Under the pieces are notes generated by a model. That model ran no database searches and had not been told where the DNA came from. It saw only the letters and a program-made list of their open reading frames with translations. Positions 18,711 through 28,369 of a stretch of DNA of 64,000 bases are shown piece by piece (position 1 is the first letter of the stretch; each line of letters begins with the position of its first letter). The DNA comes from Tepidisphaera sp. GTDB taxonomy: Bacteria; Planctomycetota; Phycisphaerae; Phycisphaerales; UBA1924. The DNA lies in assembly GCA_050916045.1 (NCBI GenBank), contig CP051526.1, positions 3,744,001 to 3,808,000 of the forward strand, in the 5' to 3' direction. A program made the translations under genes and the position numbers.

Positions 18711-21700
18711 TTAAGAGAGAATTACTCGGCCACGATGACATCTTGGAATTCTATTACTCGGTGTTCTAGAGTTTTCCAGCAGCCTGAGGCAAGTCGCGTG
18801 ACAGTCGGAACTTGGGCATCGAGGGTGCACAACGGACCCGCAAGCTGCCGTGCACAACTGCGACATTTGGGTCAAAGTGCCAGTTGCATCATCAATATTG
18901 CATATCCCAGCAGGATTGGCGTCTGCACAGTACGCTTCAATCTCATTGCATATGAGATCGCCGCAGTAAACTGGAGGGCCGTTCTCGCAGCATTGTCTAG
19001 CATGCGTCAACTCATGAACGAGCAGTCTGACGGTATTGTCATAATGTTCCGGCGGTGTGATCGGCTCGCGATCTGTGCAAAGCACGACAAGCGGGCAATT
19101 TCTTCCGGCAACTCTCGTACATCGCGTTACACCCATAATACCTGCAATGGTTCGCACGTTGCGACTAAGGCAATCATTGTCATTACAAGGAAGACAGAGT
19201 ACTGCCGCGCAATGGCCGTGTTCAAGATCAGGTTGGTTGCATGCGCGTTTCAAATCTTCACGAATCGCAAGAACTCGGGTATCTTTATACGCATCCCGTA
19301 CAACTCTTGGACACCCCTTTGAATTACGCGCTTGTTCCAGTAAACACAGATCGTTGCGAACTTCACCAGCAGGTGTTGCTCGCGGATCATTCGTAGCTGT
19401 GCAGCCGCCGATACACGGAGAACGTGAAATGAGACCATCGGCATCGCGGAGCAGCACTGGGTTGGTGTTCACATATCCATACAAGTTAGACCCGTCAACG
19501 TACTCAAGAGGATCGCGCTCGCTCCAAATTCCGGCTAGCGGCTCAAACTCCCGATTCCGCACGAGGTACTGCTGAGTGCTGGGCTCGAACCAGTATCCTG
19601 CATACCCGAGCCGGTTCACCGCCGCGCTACCGCTCGACTGGCTCAGCACGCCGCGGGCCGTGCTCCCCTGCTCGGAGAAGGTCAGGTCCCACTCGTCGTA
19701 GTCGAACGAGTCCACGAAGCCGTCCAGGTTCATGTCCGCCGTCTGCCCGCTCGGGCAGCTCACGCCCGTATAGCAGTCGTCGTACGCGATGTCGTCGAAC
19801 GCGTCCACGAAGCCGTCGAGGTTGAAGTCCGTCACCGGCACCCTCATCGCCACGCCATAAGCGCTGTACTTGATCCGCTCCAGGATTCGGCCGGTTTCCG
19901 TCATCGTCACGCTCACGTCCGCTCGCCAGTTCTGGCCATAGTAGAGCCGCTGCTCCATCGTCGCATCCGCCGACGAGTTATTGGACCCCGTCTGGTCGCG
20001 GTCACGCAGGATCACCGAGTCGATGTACGAGCCCATCCCGTTCCGGCCCGATGCATGGTGGACGTACCGCTCCCTCGGATTCGAGTCCACCGCGCCGGTG
20101 AACGTGCTCCCGCCCGCCACCATGTACGTCGCCACGCGACGCCACCTGGGGTCGTAGACCGTCCACTCCCACATGTCGGTCGAGTCCACATCGCCGTCGG
20201 CGTCCAGGTCCGCGTGACGCCCGATCTGGTGGTTCAGGCCGTTGTAGGTGTATTCGACGACCAGCGCCGAGTTCGAGCGGTTCTTCACCTTCCGCAAGCG
20301 GCCGAATGCGTCCCACTCGTAGGTGTAATTCACCCCGTCGTCGGTCTGCTGCCCGTTGGCGTTGTAAGCCGGGTTCTTGGTCACGCTGTTGTTCACGCGC
20401 GTGGCCATCTCGTTAACCGTGTTGAACGTGCGGGTCTCGTTCTTCTCGTCGGAAGGACCGAACGCCGGGCTTGTGAACGAGCCGTCGCCGTTGAGGTCGC
20501 TGGTAAAGGTGCTCCAGCCGCCGACCTGGTTGAGGGTCCAGGTCTCCTTGCGGGTGCGGCTTCCGATGGTCCCGCTGCTCAGGGTCCCCTCATCGGCGAC
20601 GATGAGCCGGTTCAGGCCGTCCATGTCGTACTTGGCGTCGTAGCCCGGGAGGATCTCATCCTCGGCGGTCACGATGTTGCTGTCGCGGTCGTAGCCGAGC
20701 TTGACGTAGTAGATCTGACTTCCGTTGGTGCGGGTCCATCGGCTCTCGATCACGCGGTTGAAGAGGTCCAAGCGGTCGTAGTTTGCCGTGCCCGCGCCGT
20801 AGAGCATGCTTTCCGCGGCGGGCTGGGGAAGTTCCGTGCCCACCAGCGTGCCCGAGCCGAAGTAGTCGTAGTTCGCCAGCGTGATCGTGCTCAGCGGTGA
20901 ACGCACGAGCACATCCTTGACCGAAGCCACCCGCGAGACGCAGTCGTCGATCCCGGTGGCCGTGCCGTAGGACAGGTCGATGTCCTTGCCGCCGGGGAGC
21001 GTGATGGTTTCAAGCCGGACGGCTTGGGCGCCGCCGGTGGCCTGGTAGGGGCTTGAGGAGTAGGTGTAAGCGACCTCGCGGTAGCCGCCACCAGCGACGG
21101 TGCCATCCTTGTCCTGGCGGAAGTTGGTCGCGTTGCCCCAGTCGTCGTAGAGGTATTGCACCTCGTCGGTGACGTTGCCGCTCGAGGCGGCGTCGTACTG
21201 CGTGATGAGGTTGGGTTGGCCCTTCGAGGTGTAGTCCATCTGCACGCGCCGCACCGCACCATCGAAGCCGGAAGCCAGCGTCGTCACGGCTCGGATCGTG
21301 GGACGGCCGCCGGTGTCGTAGGTCGTCTCGGTCACGTTGCCCGCTTGATCCTTGCGACGGATCTCCTGGCCCAAGGCGTTGTACGCCACCGAGACCAGGT
21401 CCGTGTCCGTCGAATCGATGTTGGCGACGGTGGTGCCGCCGTTGCTGCTGTCCGGGTACTTCGTCGCTCGGAGCAGGTGACCTGTGGCAATCGCCGAGAG
21501 GCCGGCGGTCGCACCCTTGGTCGTGCCGTAGATGTACGTCGTCACCTGGTCCGTGCCGCCGGGCATCTTGGCGGTGTACGTCGTCATCAGGCCCTTGGAG
21601 AACCCGTACTCGATCGTCTGGTCCTGGTCGTTGTTCGTCCCGCCCCCCGGCGTGCCGTCGGTGTAGTTGCGGATCGTCTTGACCGTGCGGCCCGCGTCGT

Positions 21701-23006
21701 CCAGCACGTTGCGACTCACCAGGCCGCGGGGGTCCGTCGTCTCCAGGACGGTGCCGTTGGCGTTGTACGACATCGACGTCACGAGGACCGTGTCGGAGCG
21801 TGATGGGGCGCTACCGGGCCGAGTGAACGTCGCGCCGTTCCCCGCCGCTCCCGAAGAGGTTGAATTGGAGCCGAACGCGGCCGAGGCGATGGGACGCCGA
21901 AGGTCGTCGTACCACGTGGCACTGATGCTCACACGCGTCGTTGTGTAGTCGACGTTGGAGCCGCCGCTCGCGACCGTCAACGTCGTCAGGTCGGCGTCGC
22001 CGTTGCCGTCACGAGCTCCGGTCGTTGTGGTATCGTCGTGAGCCCGCTGGAGCGCGACCGTAAAGAGCGTCAGTCCCGAAGCGGTGTCGTAGATCGTTTG
22101 CCTCTCTTCAAGCACCAGATCGCCGGTGACGGTACCCGCCTGGGCGATGTCCGTATCCGATTCCGTCCCCGTTCCCGCATTGTCCTGGAGCTTGGCGATC
22201 GTGAACTGCCGATACGGCCGGCTTTGCCGGTCGTAGAAAGTCTTGCTGATCGAAGAGCCTCTTGACTTGATCGTCCGCCCGACCACGTCGTGCCACGTGT
22301 CGCTGACAAGTGTGGCCGCGCTCGCGCCTGTGGATACCGTGATCTTGTGAGAAGTGGTGCTGTAGACCCGTCCCGCTTCGTCGTACGCCGTCTCGCTGAG
22401 TGACAGTCGGTTGGTCGTGACGCTTGTGGGATCCGTGGTCGCCGACAAGCCGCTCGACGAGCTGTATGTACCTGACGCGATCACGCGACCCGCTGAGTCA
22501 TACTTCACGACGGAGTGCGGCGACTGCGGGTCGATTGTCAGCACCTGCCGATCGCGCGTGTCGTACTGGTAGCTTGTGACCCTCGTTCCGGTCGCACCGT
22601 CTGGGTAACGCGTGATCTGCGTGAGAAGCGAGTTACCACCGCTGTTTCCGCCGTCGTAAACCATCGACTCGGTCTTCACCATGTTGCTCGTGCCGGACAT
22701 GGGGCTTCCAGCAAGTCCGGAATCGTCCGTGCCCACCCAACGCTCGGTTGTGCGGCCCAGCGTGTCGTAGACCGACCGGGTGATCGTTCCGGTGGGCTCG
22801 ACTGCCCGGAGCACGCGACCCATCTCGTCGTAACCCACCCAAGCGGTCGCATTCTCACAGAAGCTCTCCGAGATCCAGCGCCTCCAGCCCCAGCGGCAGA
22901 CGGCGCTGCTCGCTTCCAAGGGCTTACCGGCTCGATCGTTGTTTGACCAGACATTTAATTGAATGGATCCGAGCTTGAAGCGTTTGGTTGGCTGTGTAGG
23001 CGACAT
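18711..23006 (-). CDS. RHS/YD-repeat polymorphic toxin (N-terminally truncated/chimeric) with dockerin-like insert and Cys-rich HEXXH C-terminal domain
   Basis: Many YD repeats (YDEMGR, YDTLGR, YDSAGR, YNALGQ, YEWDAFGRL); core GYAGYWF...YLVRNR...RDPLEYVDGSNLYGYVNTNPVLLRDADGL; HELTH at 19002-19016; ATG at 23006 has an AAGGGAG RBS. Confidence 0.88.
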   Translation of the reverse strand: MSPTQPTKRFKLGSIQLNVWSNNDRAGKPLEASSAVCRWGWRRWISESFCENATAWVGYDEMGRVLRAVEPTGTITRSVYDTLGRTTERWVGTDDSGLAGSPMSGTSNMVKTESMVYDGGNSGGNSLLTQITRYPDGATGTRVTSYQYDTRDRQVLTIDPQSPHSVVKYDSAGRVIASGTYSSSSGLSATTDPTSVTTNRLSLSETAYDEAGRVYSTTSHKITVSTGASAATLVSDTWHDVVGRTIKSRGSSISKTFYDRQSRPYRQFTIAKLQDNAGTGTESDTDIAQAGTVTGDLVLEERQTIYDTASGLTLFTVALQRAHDDTTTTGARDGNGDADLTTLTVASGGSNVDYTTTRVSISATWYDDLRRPIASAAFGSNSTSSGAAGNGATFTRPGSAPSRSDTVLVTSMSYNANGTVLETTDPRGLVSRNVLDDAGRTVKTIRNYTDGTPGGGTNNDQDQTIEYGFSKGLMTTYTAKMPGGTDQVTTYIYGTTKGATAGLSAIATGHLLRATKYPDSSNGGTTVANIDSTDTDLVSVAYNALGQEIRRKDQAGNVTETTYDTGGRPTIRAVTTLASGFDGAVRRVQMDYTSKGQPNLITQYDAASSGNVTDEVQYLYDDWGNATNFRQDKDGTVAGGGYREVAYTYSSSPYQATGGAQAVRLETITLPGGKDIDLSYGTATGIDDCVSRVASVKDVLVRSPLSTITLANYDYFGSGTLVGTELPQPAAESMLYGAGTANYDRLDLFNRVIESRWTRTNGSQIYYVKLGYDRDSNIVTAEDEILPGYDAKYDMDGLNRLIVADEGTLSSGTIGSRTRKETWTLNQVGGWSTFTSDLNGDGSFTSPAFGPSDEKNETRTFNTVNEMATRVNNSVTKNPAYNANGQQTDDGVNYTYEWDAFGRLRKVKNRSNSALVVEYTYNGLNHQIGRHADLDADGDVDSTDMWEWTVYDPRWRRVATYMVAGGSTFTGAVDSNPRERYVHHASGRNGMGSYIDSVILRDRDQTGSNNSSADATMEQRLYYGQNWRADVSVTMTETGRILERIKYSAYGVAMRVPVTDFNLDGFVDAFDDIAYDDCYTGVSCPSGQTADMNLDGFVDSFDYDEWDLTFSEQGSTARGVLSQSSGSAAVNRLGYAGYWFEPSTQQYLVRNREFEPLAGIWSERDPLEYVDGSNLYGYVNTNPVLLRDADGLISRSPCIGGCTATNDPRATPAGEVRNDLCLLEQARNSKGCPRVVRDAYKDTRVLAIREDLKRACNQPDLEHGHCAAVLCLPCNDNDCLSRNVRTIAGIMGVTRCTRVAGRNCPLVVLCTDREPITPPEHYDNTVRLLVHELTHARQCCENGPPVYCGDLICNEIEAYCADANPAGICNIDDATGTLTQMSQLCTAACGSVVHPRCPSSDCHATCLRLLENSRTPSNRIPRCHRGRVILS

Positions 23007-23625
23007 GAAGTGCTCCCTTGTTGTGGTTGACGTTGGTCGGCCACGGGCGATCGAGGAGCGCAAGCCAGTCACGCGCATGCCGCCACGAGCGGGTGCAACC
23101 CGCCGGGGTCTGCCGTCTGCACAAGGCGAAGCCGCGGAAGATGGACGGCCGCTTGACGGGCGAGCATCCGAGATCAAGACCAACGCGCACGTCAACCCGC
23201 AAGGGTCACGAGTTCGCCACGACTTCAAGAGCGTTTTTCAAGGAAGGTCTAGCGAGGAATCTGGTCCGGATCGTTCAGACGGTAACTGGTGCTGCGACCG
23301 CCATCGAACACCGACAAGAGCTATTCATGACCGCCTGCAGCACGGGGTGCTTTCGCACCAACGCTCATTTCGAGCAGGATTCTGGCCCCACCGACTGCCG
23401 AACGCCACCCAGGTAGTACCGATGATCGGTCGTCTTGTTCTTCCACCGCCGCGAGTAGCAGACACTCCTGCACACAACGCAGAAACCGTAGCGAGTAAAG
23501 GCGGAAAGTTCTGCCGTCCCCGAGGGCGATCAAGGCTGCTGGTCGCAGGTTGCTCTTGAGCCTGCCGACACGTGCGGTCACGCTCGAGCAACGCATCGGC
23601 CACCGTGCCGTCAGCTCCTCAGACG

Positions 23626-23832
23626 ATGACTCGTGAAGAGATTGCCGCGATTATCGCTAAGTTGACCGAGCCCAACCAGATTCGACGTTTCAACAAGCTC
23701 GTCGACCCGGACGAGGGCATGCTGGAATCGCTTCGGAGCTTTTTTAAGGCGGAGGTTTGGACGCCAGAGGAAGTGAAGCGGTGGGACGCGTGGGCGGCTC
23801 GCATGGCAGGATGCGATATCCGACACGGGTGA
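23626..23832 (+). CDS. Small hypothetical protein or gene fragment
   Basis: Protein-like composition (MTREEIAAIIAKLTEPNQIRRFNKL...), convergent with the qatA fusion. Confidence 0.35.
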   Translation: MTREEIAAIIAKLTEPNQIRRFNKLVDPDEGMLESLRSFFKAEVWTPEEVKRWDAWAARMAGCDIRHG

Positions 23833-23845
23833 TTGACTTGGTCCC

Positions 23846-25657
23846 TCACTGACTCACCAAGTTCCGCAAATTGGCTGCGATTTGCTGTCTTGCCGCGGCC
23901 GCGTCAATTGACCAGATTCTTCCGAGCAACTCCACCGCGAGCGCGGTGTCCGGAGGTGTCGCAGGTCTCTGCCCCCGTTTGACGAAGGGACCATCCGTCT
24001 CGGTCAGCACCTTGTCCATACGCCCTGCGAGTGCCTCAAACACAGCACTCGCGTCAGCAGGCGAAAGTGTGGAGGCACGTGTGAAGCCTGTCCTTCGTTC
24101 CGCGTCGCTCGGGCTGAGGATCTTCTTGAGTAAATCCTGGGCCGCCGGACTCATCCGCTGCGTCGCCTGGCCCAACGGCCCGAGCGTATCACGGGAGAAG
24201 TAGAAATATGGCCGGAGGTCGACTGCGGCGAGGGCAGGTTCGGATCTCGACCATGCGATTACCCACGGATCGAGTAGCCACAGCGGGAGGTCTGGTGGCT
24301 CATCTTCGATTGGCGCAGCCGCTTGCAGGGCCTTGGCACCAGTGCCGGATTTGGCGGGTGCGGACTTAGATGCAGTCTCCTCCCGGTATCGTTTCTCGGC
24401 GTCTGCGAGAGCCCGTGGCTTCCCGTCTTCTTCGGCCTGGGCCGCCGCCAGTTGGCGGAAGGACTCGGTCCTGTAGTACTCGAGCAGCATGAGTTTCGCG
24501 AGCACGCGAGGCTTGAGGTCTTTGACGCCCCGGGACTGTGCCATGGCGAGCCTGATGCTCATCATGTTCATGAACCGCTTACACTGGCGAGGATTCCCCG
24601 TTGTCTCCGCGGCGAGAATCGGAGCAATCCGCTCAGCGAGAAAGAGGTCTTCGGCGAAGTCGCCTTCGACCTTTCCGAGCACCTTGGTGGCGACATCGAG
24701 AGTGAAACGCAAGCTGTGAAGCGTTGCTGGATCGCACTCTATCGCAGCCTGGCGCATCTCCCCGAACTGCTCGAGCGTAACGCCACGGAGGGCGAAAAGG
24801 AGGGAGACATATTTCTCCGTCTCGACACGGCCCAGCGGCGGGATGCGGATGGGGAACTGGATGAGCTTTTCGAGATAGTCACGGCCCACCTCCGTCCGCT
24901 CGCCCGGGAGTTCGGGGAATCTCCTACGGACCGCATACTTCACGAGGCGCTCGTCCGCCCCGATGATGAATGCCGTTTTTTCGACGAAGAGAAAGAGCTT
25001 GATCGCTTCAAGGGTTTCGATGATTGTCTCGGGCAGGCACCGATCGAGGTCGTCGATGACCACGACGAGACGCTTCCGCTTGGTCTGCGAAAGGAGCTTG
25101 GCAAAATCGTCCCGAAACTCCCGTACACTTCTGCGCTCTTCGTGCTCCGGACTCTCCTTGAGGTACTTGGCGAGGTCTTCCTCTTTCAAGTCCTCAGCCT
25201 TCGCGACAAGGTCTTTTCCTATCGCCGCCATGTCTGACCCGATGGCGAGTCCGAGCCCCGCCGGTCCGGCGACAGCGAAGCCCGCTCCCGCTTTCGCGAC
25301 CGTTCCCGCCACGCGCCACCAGTTAACGCGGCGGAGGAGTTTGAGAGCGAGCCCCTTCGCCTGAGGGATGAGTGTCTTATCTTCTGCAAGCGCGTCGAGG
25401 ATGTTCCCCATGAGGGCCGTCTTTGCGTCGCCATAGCCCTCAAAGAGCCATCCGTTGAAGGTTAGAACAAGGTTTGCCCCGTCTTTCTTCAATTCCTCGG
25501 CGGTCATTTTGAGAAGGCTCGACTTGCCGCTTCCCCAGTCACCGAAGACTCCGATCGTTGCGGGGAGGAGAGAGTCGTTGTGTACGATCGACAGGACGCC
25601 AGCCACGAGGTGCTGGAAACCCAGAAGATCTGCGTCTGCCTCGTTATCTGACCACAT
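23846..25657 (-). pseudogene. qatA: QatA-like KAP P-loop NTPase fused in frame to the C-terminal ~55 aa of a TatD/QatD nuclease (collapsed qatABCD defence operon)
   Basis: MWSDNE..DLLGF, GVFGDWGSGKSS, IDDLDRC, DYLEKLIQFP, GNPRQCKRFMN, DLRPYFYFSRD; tail DKVLTETDGPF...LGRIW...QIAANLRNL is the TatD C-terminal signature. Confidence 0.8.
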
Positions 25658-26124
25658 GAACGAGCACCCAGATGATGACGATTTGGCTTGACCTCAAGGC
25701 CCAAGACCAGTAATCGGTCCCCCTACTTTAGGCCGAACAACCCGGTCCGGCGCAAGCAAAGCTCGGTTGTAGCCATCACATGCGAGACATCCAGTCCCCT
25801 GATCAACGCTATCTCAGGAGGTCAGATTTCGTAGTCGCGATCGACTTTGATGAGCGCCAGCGGGGAATGCCGACGCTGACCCCATGGGCACTTGGGTTCT
25901 GTTGTCCTGGTACGAGGGATTTCGCGAAGAGGGCTTTGAATGGCAATCCAAACGGAGAAAGTGTCGGAGTTGAAGAGCACGCCCGTCGACGATTACGTTC
26001 CCTCGTCAACTCGGTCCAAGCCGAGCCATAGTCAAAGGCCTGGGTCAGGAAGATCAAGATCTCGCACGGTCAAGCAAATTCGACGCAAGTTCTGCGGCGA
26101 ATACCGGCTCGATTCACCGCACGA

Positions 26125-26352
26125 TCAGCGGCATCGCCGCAACACGTCAGCGAGTTTTTTGGTGATGGCGCGTTGCTGATCAACTGACAAGGGGACAGGA
26201 CAGGACCTTATCCAAACATCCACCTTGTCGAGGGTCAGAAGACCTGCCGCATCCGCTGGAAAGTCCTGTGCACCGGATTCTGCACCGTCTGTTCTGCGGA
26301 TCGACTGATTTCCCGTGGAATCTGACGCGTGTTCGAATCCCATCGGGGTCAT
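26125..26352 (-). other. Reading frame that becomes the integrase C-terminal extension in the excised (attP) form
   Basis: Same frame through the att core (MTPMGFE) as the integrase; continues 68 aa (HASDSTG...GAESGA...LADVLRRCR*). Confidence 0.6.
26269..26287 (+). repeat. Putative integrase arm-type site TGCACCGGATTCTGCACCG (right)
   Basis: Identical to 14187-14205. Confidence 0.7.
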
Positions 26353-26354
26353 TT
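26331..26354 (+). repeat. att core, right copy (displaced tRNA-Glu 3' fragment)
   Basis: Identical to 14053-14076. Confidence 0.93.
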
Positions 26355-26409
26355 CCCAATCGCCCGGCACGGACCTGCCGGGCGATGTTGTTTTTGCGGC
26401 CAGCCCGCT

Positions 26410-27282
26410 TCACACATCGCAGATCTCAAACGCCTCCCGCAGCGACGTCATCCCGTCCCGCTTGGGCATGAATTCCTGTCCGAGGAACCCCTTGAATCCG
26501 GTCGCGACGATCGCCGAGCAGATGCCCTTGTAGTTGAGCTCCTGCGTGTCGTCGAGTTCGTTGCGGCCGGGGTTGCCGGCGGTGTGGTAGTGGCCGATGG
26601 CTTTGTGGTGCTTCTGGATGGTGGCGATGACGTCGCCCTCCATGATCTGCATGTGGTAGATGTCATAGAGCAGCTTGAACCGATCAGAACCGACCTCGTT
26701 CACGAGGTCGACGCCCCAGGGCGTGCGGTCGCACTGGTAGTCGCCGTGGTCACGTTTGGAATTGAGAAGCTCCATGATGATCGTGACGCCGAGCTTCTCC
26801 GCCAGCGGCGTGATCCGCTTGAGCCCCTTCGCGCAGTTCTTGAGGCCTTCCTTGTCGTCCAAGCCGGCGCGATTGCCGGAAAAGCAGATCTGATTGGGGA
26901 TGCCGGCTTCCTTGACGAGCGGCAGGCGTTCCTCCAGCTCCTTGATGATCGCGTCGTGGTTCTCGACGCGGTTAAAGCCCTTCTGGATCGGGTTGCTCTT
27001 GACCATGTTCCCGACGGCGCACGTCAAGCCCGCTTTCGCGACAACCGGCCAGTCCTGCGGGTCCAGAAGCTCGATCGACTGGTAGCCCATGCCCTTCGCC
27101 GCGGTGGCGAGGTCCTCGAGCTTCATCCCGCCAAAGCACCAGCGGCAGACCGACTGCTTGAGGTTGCCCTTCACGGCGGGGGGCTTCTCACCCTGCGGTG
27201 CGCCCGACAAAGCTCGACCCTGAGCGGCGGTCACGGTGACTCCGGCTGCGGCGGCGGCCGCGAAGAAATGACGACGGTTCAT
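26410..27282 (-). CDS. Tat-exported hydroxypyruvate isomerase-family (xylose isomerase-like TIM barrel) protein
   Basis: MNRRHFF Tat signal; ELLNS, LYDIYHMQIMEGD, HYHTAGNPGRNE, ELNY, GQEF. Confidence 0.9.
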   Translation of the reverse strand: MNRRHFFAAAAAAGVTVTAAQGRALSGAPQGEKPPAVKGNLKQSVCRWCFGGMKLEDLATAAKGMGYQSIELLDPQDWPVVAKAGLTCAVGNMVKSNPIQKGFNRVENHDAIIKELEERLPLVKEAGIPNQICFSGNRAGLDDKEGLKNCAKGLKRITPLAEKLGVTIIMELLNSKRDHGDYQCDRTPWGVDLVNEVGSDRFKLLYDIYHMQIMEGDVIATIQKHHKAIGHYHTAGNPGRNELDDTQELNYKGICSAIVATGFKGFLGQEFMPKRDGMTSLREAFEICDV

Positions 27283-27339
27283 GGCAGTGCCTCCTCGATC
27301 GGTCGGCTTCAGCATACCAGAACCAAGCCCTTCCCGCGA

Positions 27340-27813
27340 TCAAAGCCAGCGCACGCACACCACCCCGCCGATGATCAAAAGCACCCCGATGATCTTGCCA
27401 GGCGTCACCGCGTGCACCGGAAGCCCGACGTGGCCGAAGTGGTCGATGATGAGGGAAGCCACAAACTGACCGGCGAGCATCGCGGCCAGATAACTCGTCG
27501 CGCCCATCTTCGGCACCAAAATCAGCGACAGCGTCACGAAAAACGCGCCGCAGAGCCCGCCGATCCACATCCACCACGGCCCCTGCGAAAGGCGCTGCAG
27601 GTCCGGCGTGCCCGCCCGCATCAGCACAGCAACAAGGACCATCGCGACCAGCCCCACCGCGAAGTTGAGCACCCCGCCGTGGATCTTGGATCCCGCATGC
27701 TCGGCAAACCGGGCGTTGATCCCGGGCTGGTATGCGGTCGCGACGCCGCAAAGCACGGCAAGGACGACCTGGCTGATCGCCACAGAGAACGCTGGGTTGG
27801 CCGGGGTTGTCAT
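27340..27813 (-). CDS. DMT-superfamily transporter (YdcZ/DUF606-like)
   Basis: QPGINARF, PWWMWIGGLCGA, GQFVASLIIDHFG; five TM segments. Confidence 0.88.
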   Translation of the reverse strand: MTTPANPAFSVAISQVVLAVLCGVATAYQPGINARFAEHAGSKIHGGVLNFAVGLVAMVLVAVLMRAGTPDLQRLSQGPWWMWIGGLCGAFFVTLSLILVPKMGATSYLAAMLAGQFVASLIIDHFGHVGLPVHAVTPGKIIGVLLIIGGVVCVRWL

Positions 27814-27934
27814 CGGCCTGAGGGTATCGCCCCGGGAATTTGACGGAAGTTCCGGGAACCGCGCGGAAACACGAAAGGACCCGGCCGGCAGGGGATTGTC
27901 CCCAGGCGAGGAACGGAGTTCCCGGAGATTTCCC

Positions 27935-28357
27935 ATGGCACGCAGCGTCAGAAACAAAGCTACCACCCCGACGCGCCGGCGAGCGCTTACCAAAGGCCGC
28001 GTTCGGGCCAAGCGGAGCGTGATGCTCGCGTCCGTGGGTGGTCTAAGCGTTGTCTGTCTGTTCGGCTTGGCCGGGTGCGTGGCCGTCATGGCCGGTGCCG
28101 CGGCGGGCATGCTCGCTTCGCGGACAACGGTCGCCACCGCGGACCCGAACAACCCCTCCGCCCTCCCCCCCACCGCGACGGTGGGTGACAGTGTTGACCA
28201 ACTGGCGGACTCCGCCGGTCAGGTGCTCGCTCGCACCATTAAGGAACAGGTTCCACGAACGGTGCGCACGGTCCCGACGCCCGCAGCCGTCAAGCCCGCG
28301 CGGTCGTCGACCCTCGCGACCCCGGCCGCCAAGCCCGCCGACGACGCTTCGCGCTAA
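27935..28357 (+). CDS. Hypothetical single-pass membrane protein
   Basis: Basic N-terminus, hydrophobic segment, Ala/Pro/Thr-rich tail; fills an intergenic gap. Confidence 0.5.
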   Translation: MARSVRNKATTPTRRRALTKGRVRAKRSVMLASVGGLSVVCLFGLAGCVAVMAGAAAGMLASRTTVATADPNNPSALPPTATVGDSVDQLADSAGQVLARTIKEQVPRTVRTVPTPAAVKPARSSTLATPAAKPADDASR

Positions 28358-28369
28358 AGCCGCGCCGGT

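Larger units (their letters stand above)
14053..26354. mobile_element. Degenerate integrative element / genomic island in tRNA-Glu
   Basis: Perfect 24-bp direct repeat of the tRNA 3' end at both borders; tyrosine integrase domain next to the tRNA; T4CP, RHS toxin and Qat defence cargo; lower-GC interior. Confidence 0.92.

Noticed and set aside
25700..26120. Short ORFs between qatA and the right att arm
   Set aside because: No motifs and competing frames; cannot be supported as genes
26331..26354. Second tRNA gene
   Set aside because: Only the T-loop and 3' end are present; it is the att duplication
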